From IMG/VR virus record IMGVR_UViG_3300045988_172839, positions 64,001 through 128,000 of that record: 64,000 nucleotides of DNA; one strand, 5' to 3'. Shown one piece after another: positions 18,298 through 28,381 of this stretch (positions are counted from its first letter, which is position 1; every line of letters starts with the position of its first letter). The position numbers and the translations under genes were made by a program. The notes beneath the pieces are model-generated. The model had not been told where the DNA came from, did no database searches, and saw only the letters and a program-made list of their open reading frames with translations. The stretch is from a virus.

Positions 18298-18328
18298 AAA
18301 GAAAAGAAAACAGTGAGGTAAACCTCAC
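18298..18328 (-). terminator. Rho-independent terminator
   Basis: On the minus strand: GTGAGG, loop TTTA, CCTCAC, then TGTTTTCTTTTC. Confidence 0.65.
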
Positions 18329-18416
18329 CATTCTCCCGCAGTTTAGACGATTAGACACCCCTATCGGAGTGCTAAATTATATTACCACATTCTTTTCAAT
18401 TTTGCAATTTGAAATT

Positions 18417-19127
18417 CTAATTCATTCCAATTTGTTTTTGATGAGTGGATATCGAACCTGCCAATGCTTGTTGGTATGCTTTTTGTGGAGCTTTCAAATT
18501 GCCATTGTGTCTCCACAAAGTTTCTTGAAACTCTTGTTCATTGTTAGCACGTGATCCTACGCAGTTTGTTACCAAGCGAACTCGACCTGATTGTTTGTAC
18601 ATCAGAATGACAACATCTACAGGTACACTTGCACCAATTTCAAAACGATGTGCATAATGGTTTGGCACTGAAACCTTAGAAATATAACCATTTGATTGGA
18701 AGTACATATCAGTGTAGTACCCACGCTCAATCTTATCAAACAAAGGCAAGTATGTTGAGTCTTTGCGCTCATAATACTCACCACGGTTGAACAGGCGGAA
18801 ACCTACAAGAGTGTGGCTCAAATGGTACATTGTAAAATACATAACAGAGAAACCACCTAAGAATACTAACAAGTTCAATGCAGAAATTAAAAATCGAATG
18901 GTATAAGTTGAGTTCATCAACTGTTGCTCGTAAATTTCTAACCCCATATCAGCCAAAAACCAAGTGGATACCGCAAGTGTAGTCCAAAGGGCAATATTAC
19001 GACAAAGCGAACGAACTTGTTTTCCTTTTGTTTCTACTCGTTCTCTAAAGAGGTTCGCTAAGTTGCTTTCAACTTCAAGACGGTTGCTACGTTCTTGATT
19101 CTCAGTCATATACACTATGTTATTCAT
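18417..19127 (-). CDS. Membrane protein (236 aa, about 3 TM helices)
   Basis: AAGGAG RBS 8 nt before the ATG. Hydrophobic helices: IALWTTLAVSTWFLADMGL, FLISALNLLVFLGGFSVMYFTMY. Confidence 0.7.
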   Translation of the reverse strand: MNNIVYMTENQERSNRLEVESNLANLFRERVETKGKQVRSLCRNIALWTTLAVSTWFLADMGLEIYEQQLMNSTYTIRFLISALNLLVFLGGFSVMYFTMYHLSHTLVGFRLFNRGEYYERKDSTYLPLFDKIERGYYTDMYFQSNGYISKVSVPNHYAHRFEIGASVPVDVVILMYKQSGRVRLVTNCVGSRANNEQEFQETLWRHNGNLKAPQKAYQQALAGSISTHQKQIGMN

Positions 19128-19166
19128 TGGTTTGTCTCCTTTTCCTATTTCCCTTTAACTGTCTTT

Positions 19167-19195
19167 ATTATATCAAAAATAAGATACTTTGTCAA
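19167..19195 (-). promoter_or_regulatory. Consensus sigma-A promoter
   Basis: On the minus strand: TTGACA (19195-19190), a 17 bp spacer, then TATAAT (19172-19167). Confidence 0.75.
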
Positions 19196-19230
19196 GTACC
19201 TTATCGAAATTTATTCTAAAAGTCTAATTT

Positions 19231-20352
19231 TTAAAGCGTATCTTTTACTGGAATGTCCTTGAAACCTAAATTCTCCAAATGTTCAAGACAATCTGAGAAG
19301 TTGCAGAACAAGTCTAATTCCTCAGTTGGTTTATCGTAAGAGTCTATGAGACCTTCGGATACCGCTTTATCTCTTAGTTGCTTTCTGTACTTAAGAGCTT
19401 CTAGTTCCATAGGCAGACCTACGTTGTTTTTCATCATCAGAGGTTTAAAGTTTCCATATTTCGTTAAACCTTTCTCAACCTCTGGGTCGCAGTCCATCAT
19501 GAAATTATAAATCCAGTTCCAATGAGCTTTTTGACTTAAATTACGAATTTGGAAATACCAATCTACATAAGGCTCAACTTTTGATTTTTCAATCAAACCA
19601 ACTGCGTAACGCAAGTCGAAGTCATTTGTTGAACCAAGTCGATAATTACCAAACATCATCTGAACTCTACGACCACTACGAGCTGGTTTAAACTTGTTCT
19701 CGTCCATTTTCTGCACCATATAGGGCATATAACTATTCTTCAAAATAACGGAACCTAAACCATATTTAGGCGCTCTATTAGAGTGTGATGTAGACACTCT
19801 ACCTTTGTATAATTCAACTTTCGCATAAAATGTAACAACAGAACCTAAGTACAAAGCCATATCATTACACAAAGAAGCGTCAACCTCTGGTAAGAACAAC
19901 CACACATGACTTGAGAAAATCGGTTGATTTGGTATATCTTGGAAGTGTTTACTATCTTTACCGTTAGCTTCTTTAACTAACTGCTTAACCTCTGACTTCG
20001 TTCGAACCCCAAAAGTACCAACTAACGAGGGATCTAAAATTAGCAAGGATACCCCTTCTTTACTTTTTCGGACATCCGTTATCCGACCTGCTACTCCTAC
20101 ATAATGGTTTAAATAAGGTTGCAATCCAATACGACTTGAAGCAGTCGTATCAATTTTACCACCCTTCCATAAATTCAAAAATTCAAAGGCAGTAATCATG
20201 CCGTGTGTTTGCATCTCAAACGAAGTACGCTCTGCTTTTCCTTCTAACTTCGATAAGTCATTTACTCTACGAACCATAGAAAAAGGTGTGTAAACAATAC
20301 CTGTCTTAGGAGTTTTATTTCCTGATTTTTTCTTCTTTGGTTTCTTACCCAT
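19231..20352 (-). CDS. Hypothetical protein (373 aa) with lysine-rich N-terminus
   Basis: GTGAGGA RBS before the ATG. The N-terminus is MGKKPKKKKSGNKTPK. No catalytic motif was recognised. Confidence 0.7.
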   Translation of the reverse strand: MGKKPKKKKSGNKTPKTGIVYTPFSMVRRVNDLSKLEGKAERTSFEMQTHGMITAFEFLNLWKGGKIDTTASSRIGLQPYLNHYVGVAGRITDVRKSKEGVSLLILDPSLVGTFGVRTKSEVKQLVKEANGKDSKHFQDIPNQPIFSSHVWLFLPEVDASLCNDMALYLGSVVTFYAKVELYKGRVSTSHSNRAPKYGLGSVILKNSYMPYMVQKMDENKFKPARSGRRVQMMFGNYRLGSTNDFDLRYAVGLIEKSKVEPYVDWYFQIRNLSQKAHWNWIYNFMMDCDPEVEKGLTKYGNFKPLMMKNNVGLPMELEALKYRKQLRDKAVSEGLIDSYDKPTEELDLFCNFSDCLEHLENLGFKDIPVKDTL

Positions 20353-20393
20353 AGAAAATTCCTCACTTTCATTTAAGTTTATTTAGTGAGTTA

Positions 20394-20422
20394 ATTATAT
20401 CATAAAAAGGCTTGAAAGTCAA
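20394..20422 (-). promoter_or_regulatory. Sigma-A promoter with extended -10
   Basis: On the minus strand: TTGACT (20422-20417), a 17 bp spacer, then TGATATAAT (-10 at 20399-20394). Confidence 0.7.
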
Positions 20423-20449
20423 CAGAAGTGGGGAGTTAGAGGTCTTGGA

Positions 20450-20481
20450 GAACAAAAGCAAAACGCACCAAAATGGTGCGT
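20450..20481 (-). terminator. Rho-independent terminator
   Basis: On the minus strand: AACGCACC, loop ATTTT, GGTGCGTT, then TTGCTTTTGT. Confidence 0.7.
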
Positions 20482-20495
20482 TCCCTAACTCTAAA

Positions 20496-21710
20496 TTATT
20501 TCCCTTGCGTATAGTGTGCAAAGTAATTCGCCAAGTTGACTTGTGAGGATACCGCTGGTTTAGTTGAACCTTTAGTCTCTTTGTTAGACTTAGGAGTTTG
20601 AGTTCTTGCTGTACGTTTTGATTTTGGTTGATTGTACTCATTGTACACACCGAAAATACGCTCAAATTCAGATTTAACCTTAGAACCTTTAACTGCTCTA
20701 CGAGCACCTTTAACCTCATAAACCTCGTCAAACAAGTCTACCAGAAGTAACAAACCTTGTGGAAGAGCCAAGTTGAGACGGTCTTTCAACATCAATATCA
20801 ACTCTTCTGGTGTTTTGTCTGTTACCAACTTGTGTTTCAACAACTGACGAGCAACTTCTTCTTTCAAAGTCTCAGTCGAAAGCGCAAGACCAATCGCTAC
20901 AGACAAACGACTGAACAAACCCTCTGGGTGGTCAGGAACCAAAATACCTTCTCCACGAGCATCACGAACTTGAATAGCAAATTTAAAGTCTTTTGCAATC
21001 TCAGTAGCTACCTCTTCTGTCAACTCTGGGTGCAAGTCCATCAACTGACTTACAACAACTGGAAGAGCTTCACCGATACCAAGACGAGAGCCAATTTCTT
21101 TACAAGATTCATTCAAAGCAAGTAGACCCGGTTTTGTGAATACACGTGTTTCACCAATCGCAAATGGAACTTTAGGTACAGAACTCGGATTCTCAGCAGT
21201 AGACAAGAGACTTGTATTAGGTTGATAAATTACTTTCGGGTTCTCTTGTGAAACTAATACATCATCAAAAACTTCAAGTTCTTCAACCCCATCGTTTCGC
21301 AAAATATATCCTGCAATTTGAGTGGCGTCATAATACACACCACGTTTAAATACTCGAACTTTATGTACATTGGATTGAATAATACCCACTAGAGAAATAC
21401 CACCTGCTCTTGGAGCATTGTCATCACCCTCAGTAGTTAGGTTTGTAGCAGTCGGTTTTTCTTCTTTTGCTTTTGGTTTTTCAGTAGGTGTTACTGTAAC
21501 TGGTTTTCCTACTTTTTCTCCTACTACTCGACTTAGTGGCTCTACTACACATTCTTGTTCTCCATTTGGTTGAACTTCAACTGTTGGAACTGTATGAATA
21601 GGTGCAGTCGGTTTAGCAGTTTCTTGACCCAGTGCATCTGAAAGTGTTTGGGTTTTCTTTTCTTTCTCTGGCATTTTAGGACTGTTTCCTAAATTCAACA
21701 TTCTAACCAT
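20496..21710 (-). CDS. Hypothetical protein (404 aa) with P/T/E/K-rich N-terminal third and basic C-terminal tail
   Basis: GAGGT RBS before the ATG. Long ORF lying between the promoter at 21752-21780 and the terminator at 20450-20481. Confidence 0.7.
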   Translation of the reverse strand: MVRMLNLGNSPKMPEKEKKTQTLSDALGQETAKPTAPIHTVPTVEVQPNGEQECVVEPLSRVVGEKVGKPVTVTPTEKPKAKEEKPTATNLTTEGDDNAPRAGGISLVGIIQSNVHKVRVFKRGVYYDATQIAGYILRNDGVEELEVFDDVLVSQENPKVIYQPNTSLLSTAENPSSVPKVPFAIGETRVFTKPGLLALNESCKEIGSRLGIGEALPVVVSQLMDLHPELTEEVATEIAKDFKFAIQVRDARGEGILVPDHPEGLFSRLSVAIGLALSTETLKEEVARQLLKHKLVTDKTPEELILMLKDRLNLALPQGLLLLVDLFDEVYEVKGARRAVKGSKVKSEFERIFGVYNEYNQPKSKRTARTQTPKSNKETKGSTKPAVSSQVNLANYFAHYTQGK

Positions 21711-21751
21711 GCTTTAGCTGACCTCGTATCTTTCTGAAAAATTCTAAAATT

Positions 21752-21780
21752 AGTATAGCATGCCAATAAATAAAAGTCAA
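21752..21780 (-). promoter_or_regulatory. Sigma-A promoter with extended -10
   Basis: On the minus strand: TTGACT (21780-21775), a 17 bp spacer, then TGCTATACT (-10 at 21757-21752). Confidence 0.7.
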
Positions 21781-21811
21781 GAGATAAATAGATACCCTCC
21801 TGACTTTTTTC

Positions 21812-22816
21812 TTATTTTGTGACAGATTCAATAACAACCTTATCTACATCAGATAATTTACGGTAACGAACAGTTACAGTGTCGCCTATTTTTAGTTGGC
21901 TTGCGGTATCGAAATTAAGGGATACCGAGATGGTAGTTGAGCCAACAGATAAGACTGCTTTATAGGTGGCAGCTAAGTCGGAATTACCTTCTAAATGTAA
22001 TTCTTTTACAACGCCTTTAGCAACTAAGACCTCAGACGAAACTTTTGCACCATCTAAGTTTTGAGTATTTGAAGTGGTTGGTTTACTTTCACTACCACCT
22101 AAGTTCTCAGCTTTCTCTTTTGGTTTCTCTTCTGCAGAAGTTGAGCTAGAAGTTTTCTCTTCTTTCTTCTGAGAACCTTCCGGGAAAATACGGTCACTGT
22201 CGGATACCGCTGACTTTTTATCTGTAGTTCCTTTCTCTACCTGAGTAACCTTGTTTTTCAAATCACTTGAAGGGTTTTGTTTTACTTTATTTGCTATAAA
22301 GACCATAATACCAAAGAGCAAAACTGCCACAATGACAACGGTTAAACCAATAGACCAAGGAGACCATTTCTTCTTAACTGGGTGTGCGCTTGCACTATTT
22401 TCTATTTGACCATATTGGTCATAGTGGTTAGAGTCGAACTGATTTTGGGGATACCCCTGTGGGTTTTGATTGAAACCATTAGGCTCAAATCCTTGATTAT
22501 TTTGGGAACCCCAACCTTCATTTTGTCCTTGGTTAAACCCTTGAGATTGTTGAAACTCATTTGGGTAAGGTTGTTGAGGGTGTTCATACCCAAAACCACC
22601 ACCTCTTTGACCTTGAGGTTCAAAACCCCCACGTGGATTGAATCCTTGTTCTTCCTCTAATGAACTAGTTGTCTCAGAACCAAAATCAGAAGAACCAAAC
22701 CCATCCCTTTGTGGTGAAGGTTGTTGGTGAGGTTGTTGAGGGGAACCCCAATCAGGAACCCCGTTCCAACCCCCTTCATTATTATCTCGATGTTGTCCGA
22801 AATTACGCTGACTCAT
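21812..22816 (-). CDS. Single-pass membrane protein with Q/N/G/P-rich N-terminal low-complexity domain
   Basis: GAGGTGA RBS before the ATG. Residues 1-140 are Q/N/G-rich (GFNQGQNEGWGSQNNQGFEPNGFNQNPQGYPQNQF). The TM helix is WSIGLTVVIVAVLLFGIMVFIA. A S/K/E-rich linker and a C-terminal beta-rich domain follow. Confidence 0.75.
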   Translation of the reverse strand: MSQRNFGQHRDNNEGGWNGVPDWGSPQQPHQQPSPQRDGFGSSDFGSETTSSLEEEQGFNPRGGFEPQGQRGGGFGYEHPQQPYPNEFQQSQGFNQGQNEGWGSQNNQGFEPNGFNQNPQGYPQNQFDSNHYDQYGQIENSASAHPVKKKWSPWSIGLTVVIVAVLLFGIMVFIANKVKQNPSSDLKNKVTQVEKGTTDKKSAVSDSDRIFPEGSQKKEEKTSSSTSAEEKPKEKAENLGGSESKPTTSNTQNLDGAKVSSEVLVAKGVVKELHLEGNSDLAATYKAVLSVGSTTISVSLNFDTASQLKIGDTVTVRYRKLSDVDKVVIESVTK

Positions 22817-23747
22817 TTACGGTCACCTCAATTCTTTTCATCTTCTGTTCAGTAGAGTCGAAACCTAAAGCATAGGTTTTATCGATGATACCGAGTTCTC
22901 CTGTTTCCTTATCAAATCGAAGAACCTCAACATAAACCTCACCTTCACGTTGGTAAAGTGTAATCTCCCCATTCTCACTTTCCAAATATAAGAAACGACA
23001 ACGTTTTTCAACTGTTTCCTCTAACTCTAAAGCTAACGCACCAACCAAGCGCATTGGATTGTAAGTAACACCAGTTGGAGGTCTACCTGCTAAATAGTCA
23101 GACCAAAGTGTAGATTGTCCTCTGAGAGCTTCTGAGAGAGCGTCAAATCCATTGTAAAAGTTTTTGCGTATAAATTCCTTTAGAGAATCTAAATCGCGAG
23201 GGATGGCATTCTGGAGCGTTTGAGGGTAATCGTCTAAAACGCACCACTCAATCAAATCTTCACTAAAGCGAGACAAGAACCTATCTTTAGCTTTGCTATT
23301 AAGTACAAACCTTACCGTATAAGGACTACCTACTGGTTTGTACTTCTCCAACATGACATTGAGCAAATCCAAATTGTGGTAAGCCCAAACCTTCTCTGCA
23401 AATGCGTTTAAAAAAAGTTGAACTAAAGGAACATAGACATCCGCTTTAACGTTTGCTAACACATCATCAGACAAAAGGAAAGGAGAAACCGTCAACGTAC
23501 CTTTCTCAATATCTACTGAGAAAGAGAAAGGAAATGCGCCTTTAAAGGAGATACCAAATTGGTTATCGCTTTGTCTTGATTTTACAAATCGAAGTTGCTT
23601 CAAAGAGTAAGTTTCAACACTTTGTAACTCATTTAACCCTTTGAAATATAAGTCAAAACCACATCTACAAGCACTTCTTAGGTCAGTACAACCTTCTAAA
23701 GCGTTTGAACCTAACATAATTTTGAAGTCATTTTTCTCATAAAACAT
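22803..23747 (-). CDS. Hypothetical protein (314 aa), ORFan operon member
   Basis: AGGTGG lies upstream of the ATG. Its 3' end overlaps the next gene by 14 nt. Confidence 0.7.
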   Translation of the reverse strand: MFYEKNDFKIMLGSNALEGCTDLRSACRCGFDLYFKGLNELQSVETYSLKQLRFVKSRQSDNQFGISFKGAFPFSFSVDIEKGTLTVSPFLLSDDVLANVKADVYVPLVQLFLNAFAEKVWAYHNLDLLNVMLEKYKPVGSPYTVRFVLNSKAKDRFLSRFSEDLIEWCVLDDYPQTLQNAIPRDLDSLKEFIRKNFYNGFDALSEALRGQSTLWSDYLAGRPPTGVTYNPMRLVGALALELEETVEKRCRFLYLESENGEITLYQREGEVYVEVLRFDKETGELGIIDKTYALGFDSTEQKMKRIEVTVNESA

Positions 23748-23771
23748 TTAACTTCTAACCACCTAAACTAA

Positions 23772-24338
23772 TCAAAACTTGAAACTATCTGAAAATGAAA
23801 ACTCTTGTACTTCATCTTTCACTAGTTCTACTGAAAATGGATCTTCGAGAGTAGAGTCAGAACTAACATCTTCTTCCAAATCATCAACAGTTCCCTCATC
23901 CTCATATTGAGGAATGTTGAAACCAGACAGAGGTACCTCAGAGATACCCTGTGTCTCCTGTTTTCGCTCTTGAACCATAGTAGCAAAATCATTAGTAGAA
24001 CCTTCTTGCAAGCCTATTGCAAACTGAGAAACTGCTTCGGAAATTCTTAGTTTATCAATTTCGTCAGCTCTTCTCATATACTCTTCGTTGAAAGCAAGTT
24101 GAGCTTGTTGTTCATACCTCTCAGTTGTACTCAAATGCTTTTCTTCAAAATGAAACCCTTCAGCTCGGTTGTTGGTACCGATACCGATGAGGTTTTCAGT
24201 TCGAGAAACCGAACCAACCGTGCGAAGTTGAGACTCAGAGTCACCATCTTTAATTAGAGGTAGAACCTCTTCATAACCTTTACGAAAGGTTGCTTTAGCT
24301 TTACGCTCTAAATAGTCTGAAACTTTCTCTACACTCAT
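23772..24338 (-). CDS. Hypothetical acidic protein (188 aa), ORFan operon member
   Basis: ATG ORF whose start overlaps the upstream stop by 1 nt. The C-terminus is very acidic (EDEGTVDDLEEDVSSDSTLEDPFSVELVKDE). Confidence 0.7.
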   Translation of the reverse strand: MSVEKVSDYLERKAKATFRKGYEEVLPLIKDGDSESQLRTVGSVSRTENLIGIGTNNRAEGFHFEEKHLSTTERYEQQAQLAFNEEYMRRADEIDKLRISEAVSQFAIGLQEGSTNDFATMVQERKQETQGISEVPLSGFNIPQYEDEGTVDDLEEDVSSDSTLEDPFSVELVKDEVQEFSFSDSFKF

Positions 24339-25309
24339 TAAGAACCTGCTTTCTTACTGCTATCTTCCGTCTCATGTTTTACCTGAGACTTCTTATCCTT
24401 ATTCAAGAGAGTGTTTGGGTCAAATGTAGAATCTTCAAAACCTTTCGGTCTACGAGAAATTTCTTCATCATATTCTTTCAGAATGTTGTTAATAACCGTT
24501 TCACCCTCACTGTACTTAGCGTAGTTGTCTAAGTCCATATCGTTTGAAACAAGCCAACCACCCGCGCCTGTTTTCATCAAGGTAATGTTTACTGTAATGG
24601 TTTTCTTTTGAGCTAATTCAGATTTCCAGTAGTTACTTACATACTCATACAAGAAGTTTCTAGCCTTCGTAGAATCTGCCTCAGTTTTACGATACGAATA
24701 AATACCTTTTAAAAGACCTTCGCGATCCTCTTTCCAAAAATCTTTATTAGACAAGTCCAAGGCTTTCAATTTAACCGTTACACTACTCTTATCATCCGCA
24801 AAAGTCGCCTGATTCTCGATACCCTCAATCTCTAAACTAAGTAGAAATTGTTGGTACATCCCCTTTTTAAAGGACTCGGAGTAAGTGAACTCTGCATCTG
24901 ACTTGAAGTAACCATTTAAGGTTTTCAATACTTGGTCTTTATAAGCATATTTCTGAGCAGTTGCAAAGTCCAAAGTAGATAGAGAACGTAAGAAAGTTCT
25001 TAAAACCTCAGTTTCAGACAAGTTTTGGTCTCCTAAAGCCATACGAGTACCTTCATCAGACCAATAATACCCTTCTCCTGCTTCACCGTACTTACGAATT
25101 AAACGCTTTTGCTCTTCTTCAAATGGAGTTAGTCCTGCGTTTTTATTCTTCGGTTTGTCTACTTGCTCTTCACTTGCTTTCGTCTCTGTGTTCGATTTCT
25201 TAGCTTGGTTACAAGCTCGAACCCCAAATAGTAATAATACAAGAGCAAGAACACCTAGAATGGTGTATCTCAACCCTTTCTTATCCCATAATTCTTTTAT
25301 TTTGTCCAT
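24338..25309 (-). CDS. N-terminally membrane-anchored protein (323 aa), ORFan operon member
   Basis: ATG ORF with the hydrophobic helix YTILGVLALVLLLFGV near the N-terminus. Confidence 0.7.
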   Translation of the reverse strand: MDKIKELWDKKGLRYTILGVLALVLLLFGVRACNQAKKSNTETKASEEQVDKPKNKNAGLTPFEEEQKRLIRKYGEAGEGYYWSDEGTRMALGDQNLSETEVLRTFLRSLSTLDFATAQKYAYKDQVLKTLNGYFKSDAEFTYSESFKKGMYQQFLLSLEIEGIENQATFADDKSSVTVKLKALDLSNKDFWKEDREGLLKGIYSYRKTEADSTKARNFLYEYVSNYWKSELAQKKTITVNITLMKTGAGGWLVSNDMDLDNYAKYSEGETVINNILKEYDEEISRRPKGFEDSTFDPNTLLNKDKKSQVKHETEDSSKKAGS

Positions 25310-25327
25310 GAAAATCTTACCTCAACC

Positions 25328-26590
25328 TTAAAATTCAAGTGTATCTGGAATAGTTACGAAATCTGAAGATACCGAACCACTTACACTTGCCATATCTGTG
25401 TTTCGACCAGTGATAAAGTTGTAGCGCTCTGGTTCTTCTTGAATCATGTCATACACAACTCTCAAATAGGCAGTAGAGTAATACTCAATACACTCACTAA
25501 AACGCATTTGAAACTCAATTAAAGACTTAATTTCAAACTTGCTTACACTTGTATCTACGTCAGACACCCGTTTCAATCGAGCCAAACTCTCTACTAAGAA
25601 CTCAGTTTGTCGCTCAAATGACCAATCTTTCGCTAAATGGTTAATCTGACGAACCATAGCGTCCTCAGACATGAGGGCGTAGCGTTTCAACTGTCTAATC
25701 TTCTTGTCTTGCTCTTCTTTAGCTAAGTAGCGAACTTCTCTGATACGACTCAAGGAAAGTTGTCTTTGTGGGTATTCCCCTTCAGCAATTCCTAAATCAT
25801 AGAAAGTTAAAAGCAACCGTGTGAGACCTTTCATAATCTTCACTTTGCTCTCTTGGTAAACCGAAGCAGCAGACAAAGAATACCCTACAGTCTCAAAATC
25901 TTCTAAGAGCAATGAACCTGTATAAAGTTGAACTGCTATCGAAGTGTCCGCAGTAATATTAAACTCTCGTAAAGACCCACCTACACGATGTGCATCAATC
26001 GTTACAATACCTTGTTTGGACTTCTCTTTGAGCTTAGAAACGTAACCGTTTACTACGGATACCGGGAGAACCATGTACTCCCCTTCTACGAAAGAAACCT
26101 TTTTTCTAGGAAAGGATAGTTTACCTTTAGACATACTAATTGTAGGGAAAGCAAGTAACCCTTGGTTTAAAGTGTCTCCGAAATCCTTGTAAATCTTACT
26201 CAAACTAGTCTTTTGTCGGTCAGTTACTTCAACTGCACTCTCCAATAAAGGCAAAGCCAAAGAACCAAAGCGAACATCTTGTTTTCCTAAATTAAATCCT
26301 TGCAACTCTTTCGATTTATGTGGCGAAGTCACTACATAACAATAAGTGTTAGCGAGCAACCACAAAGCAAAACGCAAGTCCTCAAACTTTTTAGAAGAGC
26401 CAATCTCAAAAGGCAAGTCATGGAGAGCTTGCGCTCGCATTTTCGCAATTAAGAGTTCTAATTGCGTTCCAGATACCGAGAAGCTAGGATTGAAACCCTC
26501 AGAGTTTAAAAACCCTAACGGTTTCCCTTGCTCTGCTAGGAACTCTCCCACCTTCCATAACAACTGCTCTTGTTCAATTTTAAATACCAA
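25328..26590 (-). CDS. Hypothetical protein (420 aa), ORFan operon member
   Basis: TTG start with AGGTGG 9 nt upstream. No Walker or other motif was seen. Confidence 0.7.
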   Translation of the reverse strand: MVFKIEQEQLLWKVGEFLAEQGKPLGFLNSEGFNPSFSVSGTQLELLIAKMRAQALHDLPFEIGSSKKFEDLRFALWLLANTYCYVVTSPHKSKELQGFNLGKQDVRFGSLALPLLESAVEVTDRQKTSLSKIYKDFGDTLNQGLLAFPTISMSKGKLSFPRKKVSFVEGEYMVLPVSVVNGYVSKLKEKSKQGIVTIDAHRVGGSLREFNITADTSIAVQLYTGSLLLEDFETVGYSLSAASVYQESKVKIMKGLTRLLLTFYDLGIAEGEYPQRQLSLSRIREVRYLAKEEQDKKIRQLKRYALMSEDAMVRQINHLAKDWSFERQTEFLVESLARLKRVSDVDTSVSKFEIKSLIEFQMRFSECIEYYSTAYLRVVYDMIQEEPERYNFITGRNTDMASVSGSVSSDFVTIPDTLEF

Positions 26591-26608
26591 TCGTCTAAAC
26601 CACCTATT

Positions 26609-27913
26609 CTAATCTGTAATCTTCTGCATCAACTTAGCAAACTCAATTCTTGGAATCTCACTTGTAAAATCTGGTAAACCTTCTTGAATACAGTTGAACA
26701 AGTTGTCACTGTACAAGACATACAAGAAACCAAAGTAAAGCTCAAATGGTAAATAACTCTCATAAAAACTTACATAAGCATCTGCTGAAATTTGTTTTGT
26801 TTTAGCGTAAAGGTCTGAAAACTCAGAGCTATTCCCCACCGGTCCGTAAAACCAAATATTTAAGAAATTTAGTTGAACCTCTAAACCAACCTTAAGTACA
26901 GATTTAAATACACTATCAATTTCAGTCGTAGGTAAGTTTATAACCCCACCTTTAGCTAAGATGTACAGAAAAACTGCTTCACCATACGTCAAATAGTGTG
27001 TTAAACCCCACTCAACTTGAACGTTACCGATATCATACTGAACACCTTTACTTGCAAACTGTTTGTAAGCATTTTCTCTTAATACAGAACCATTCAAGTG
27101 CAAGTACATAGAACCACCCACACCGTACTGATAAGGTAAATACCCCTTTAGTTGAGCATCAATAATAGCACGTGCATCTTCTACATCTACACTACTATCA
27201 AAATCCTCATAAACTTCAAGTGGACTTTCAACCTCCACCAACAAATGAGAAGGTACATTACCGATAAAGTTTTTAGAGTTCCCTTCTAATAGTTGCTTGC
27301 GCAACGACTCCCAAGACTGACGAAACTCAGAGCTATCTTTACGAGAACTCAACAAATCTTCCATTTCATCAGAAATGCGAGCAAGAGAACCACCGTTTGA
27401 ACCCTCATTGAGAGCTAATTCTAGCTCTTCCAAAGATTTAATATTAGACTTAACCTCTTCAATAAACTCTGTTTGGTCTTCTGTTAAATCAATAGAGTCT
27501 TTATCAATCAAGCGGTCTGCGACCGATTTGAAATTGGATACCCCTTTGAGAAGTCCTCGCTTGTCTGTGAAGACACCTTCAACTCTGAAAATAATTCCAC
27601 CTTCAGAAGTATTTAACTCCAAATCATAATCAGATAAATCATCATCTTGTGCAACTCGTAGGGTACTTAAACATTCCCAAAGATTATCACTAACCGCCAG
27701 AGGAAATGAAGAACCTTGTATAATTGTAAAAGTCAACTCCTCATCAGACTTCAACTGCTTCTCAACCTCAGCTTGCACTGACTTTTTCTTAAATTGTCGA
27801 GAAATGTTGGATACCGCAAGAGCTAATGCGTAACCACTTGGACTATAAGAATAACTTGTGTCCGTAGGGTTTGCAATATCTAACAAAGCCAAAACAACCA
27901 TTTTGTTTTGCAT
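26609..27913 (-). CDS. Hypothetical protein (434 aa), ORFan operon member
   Basis: AGGTGG lies 6 nt upstream of the ATG. No motif was recognised. Confidence 0.7.
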   Translation of the reverse strand: MQNKMVVLALLDIANPTDTSYSYSPSGYALALAVSNISRQFKKKSVQAEVEKQLKSDEELTFTIIQGSSFPLAVSDNLWECLSTLRVAQDDDLSDYDLELNTSEGGIIFRVEGVFTDKRGLLKGVSNFKSVADRLIDKDSIDLTEDQTEFIEEVKSNIKSLEELELALNEGSNGGSLARISDEMEDLLSSRKDSSEFRQSWESLRKQLLEGNSKNFIGNVPSHLLVEVESPLEVYEDFDSSVDVEDARAIIDAQLKGYLPYQYGVGGSMYLHLNGSVLRENAYKQFASKGVQYDIGNVQVEWGLTHYLTYGEAVFLYILAKGGVINLPTTEIDSVFKSVLKVGLEVQLNFLNIWFYGPVGNSSEFSDLYAKTKQISADAYVSFYESYLPFELYFGFLYVLYSDNLFNCIQEGLPDFTSEIPRIEFAKLMQKITD

Positions 27914-27916
27914 TTT

Positions 27917-28381
27917 CTACCACCTGTTTTCTTTCTGTATACTATTCAACGTACTCCAAAAGTTCTCTAACTCCCCAACCTCAGAAAAGATGGAACGTAA
28001 GTCCTCAGATATTTTCAACTCCAAGAAAGGTAGAGACAAACCCCCAAACCCTTCATGCAAAGTATCTAAGCTAAAGCGACCCTTTTCTGTACTTGGTACA
28101 ACTATGGAAATACTGCTTTGAATATCAAGTCCTCCAAATTTAGAGGAGATCACACTTTTTACACAGTAGGAAACTTCTCCAAGTCTTGCTCCGATTTTTG
28201 ATTGACTAGGTAGGATACCCTCAACTTCTAGTGGGTAAGAACCACCTACGCTGAAATAAACCGGTAAGAGCTTAAAGTCAGAACCTAGATAGTGAACCAA
28301 TTCAATATCCTCTGAGTCCAACTGCCTAAAGGACGAAGCTGCTAACTGCAGACCTCTTCCACAACTAACTATCCGAGTCAA
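27917..28381 (-). CDS. Hypothetical protein (154 aa), ORFan operon member
   Basis: TTG start with AAAGGAG 9 nt upstream. It overlaps the upstream gene by 17 nt. Confidence 0.6.
   Translation of the reverse strand: MTRIVSCGRGLQLAASSFRQLDSEDIELVHYLGSDFKLLPVYFSVGGSYPLEVEGILPSQSKIGARLGEVSYCVKSVISSKFGGLDIQSSISIVVPSTEKGRFSLDTLHEGFGGLSLPFLELKISEDLRSIFSEVGELENFWSTLNSIQKENRW

Noticed and set aside
20369-20731. A 120 aa minus-strand ORF overlapping the 3' end of gene 20496-21710 and extending downstream.
   Set aside because: It is an alternative frame of a better gene and runs straight through the terminator hairpin (20450-20481) and the promoter (20394-20422).
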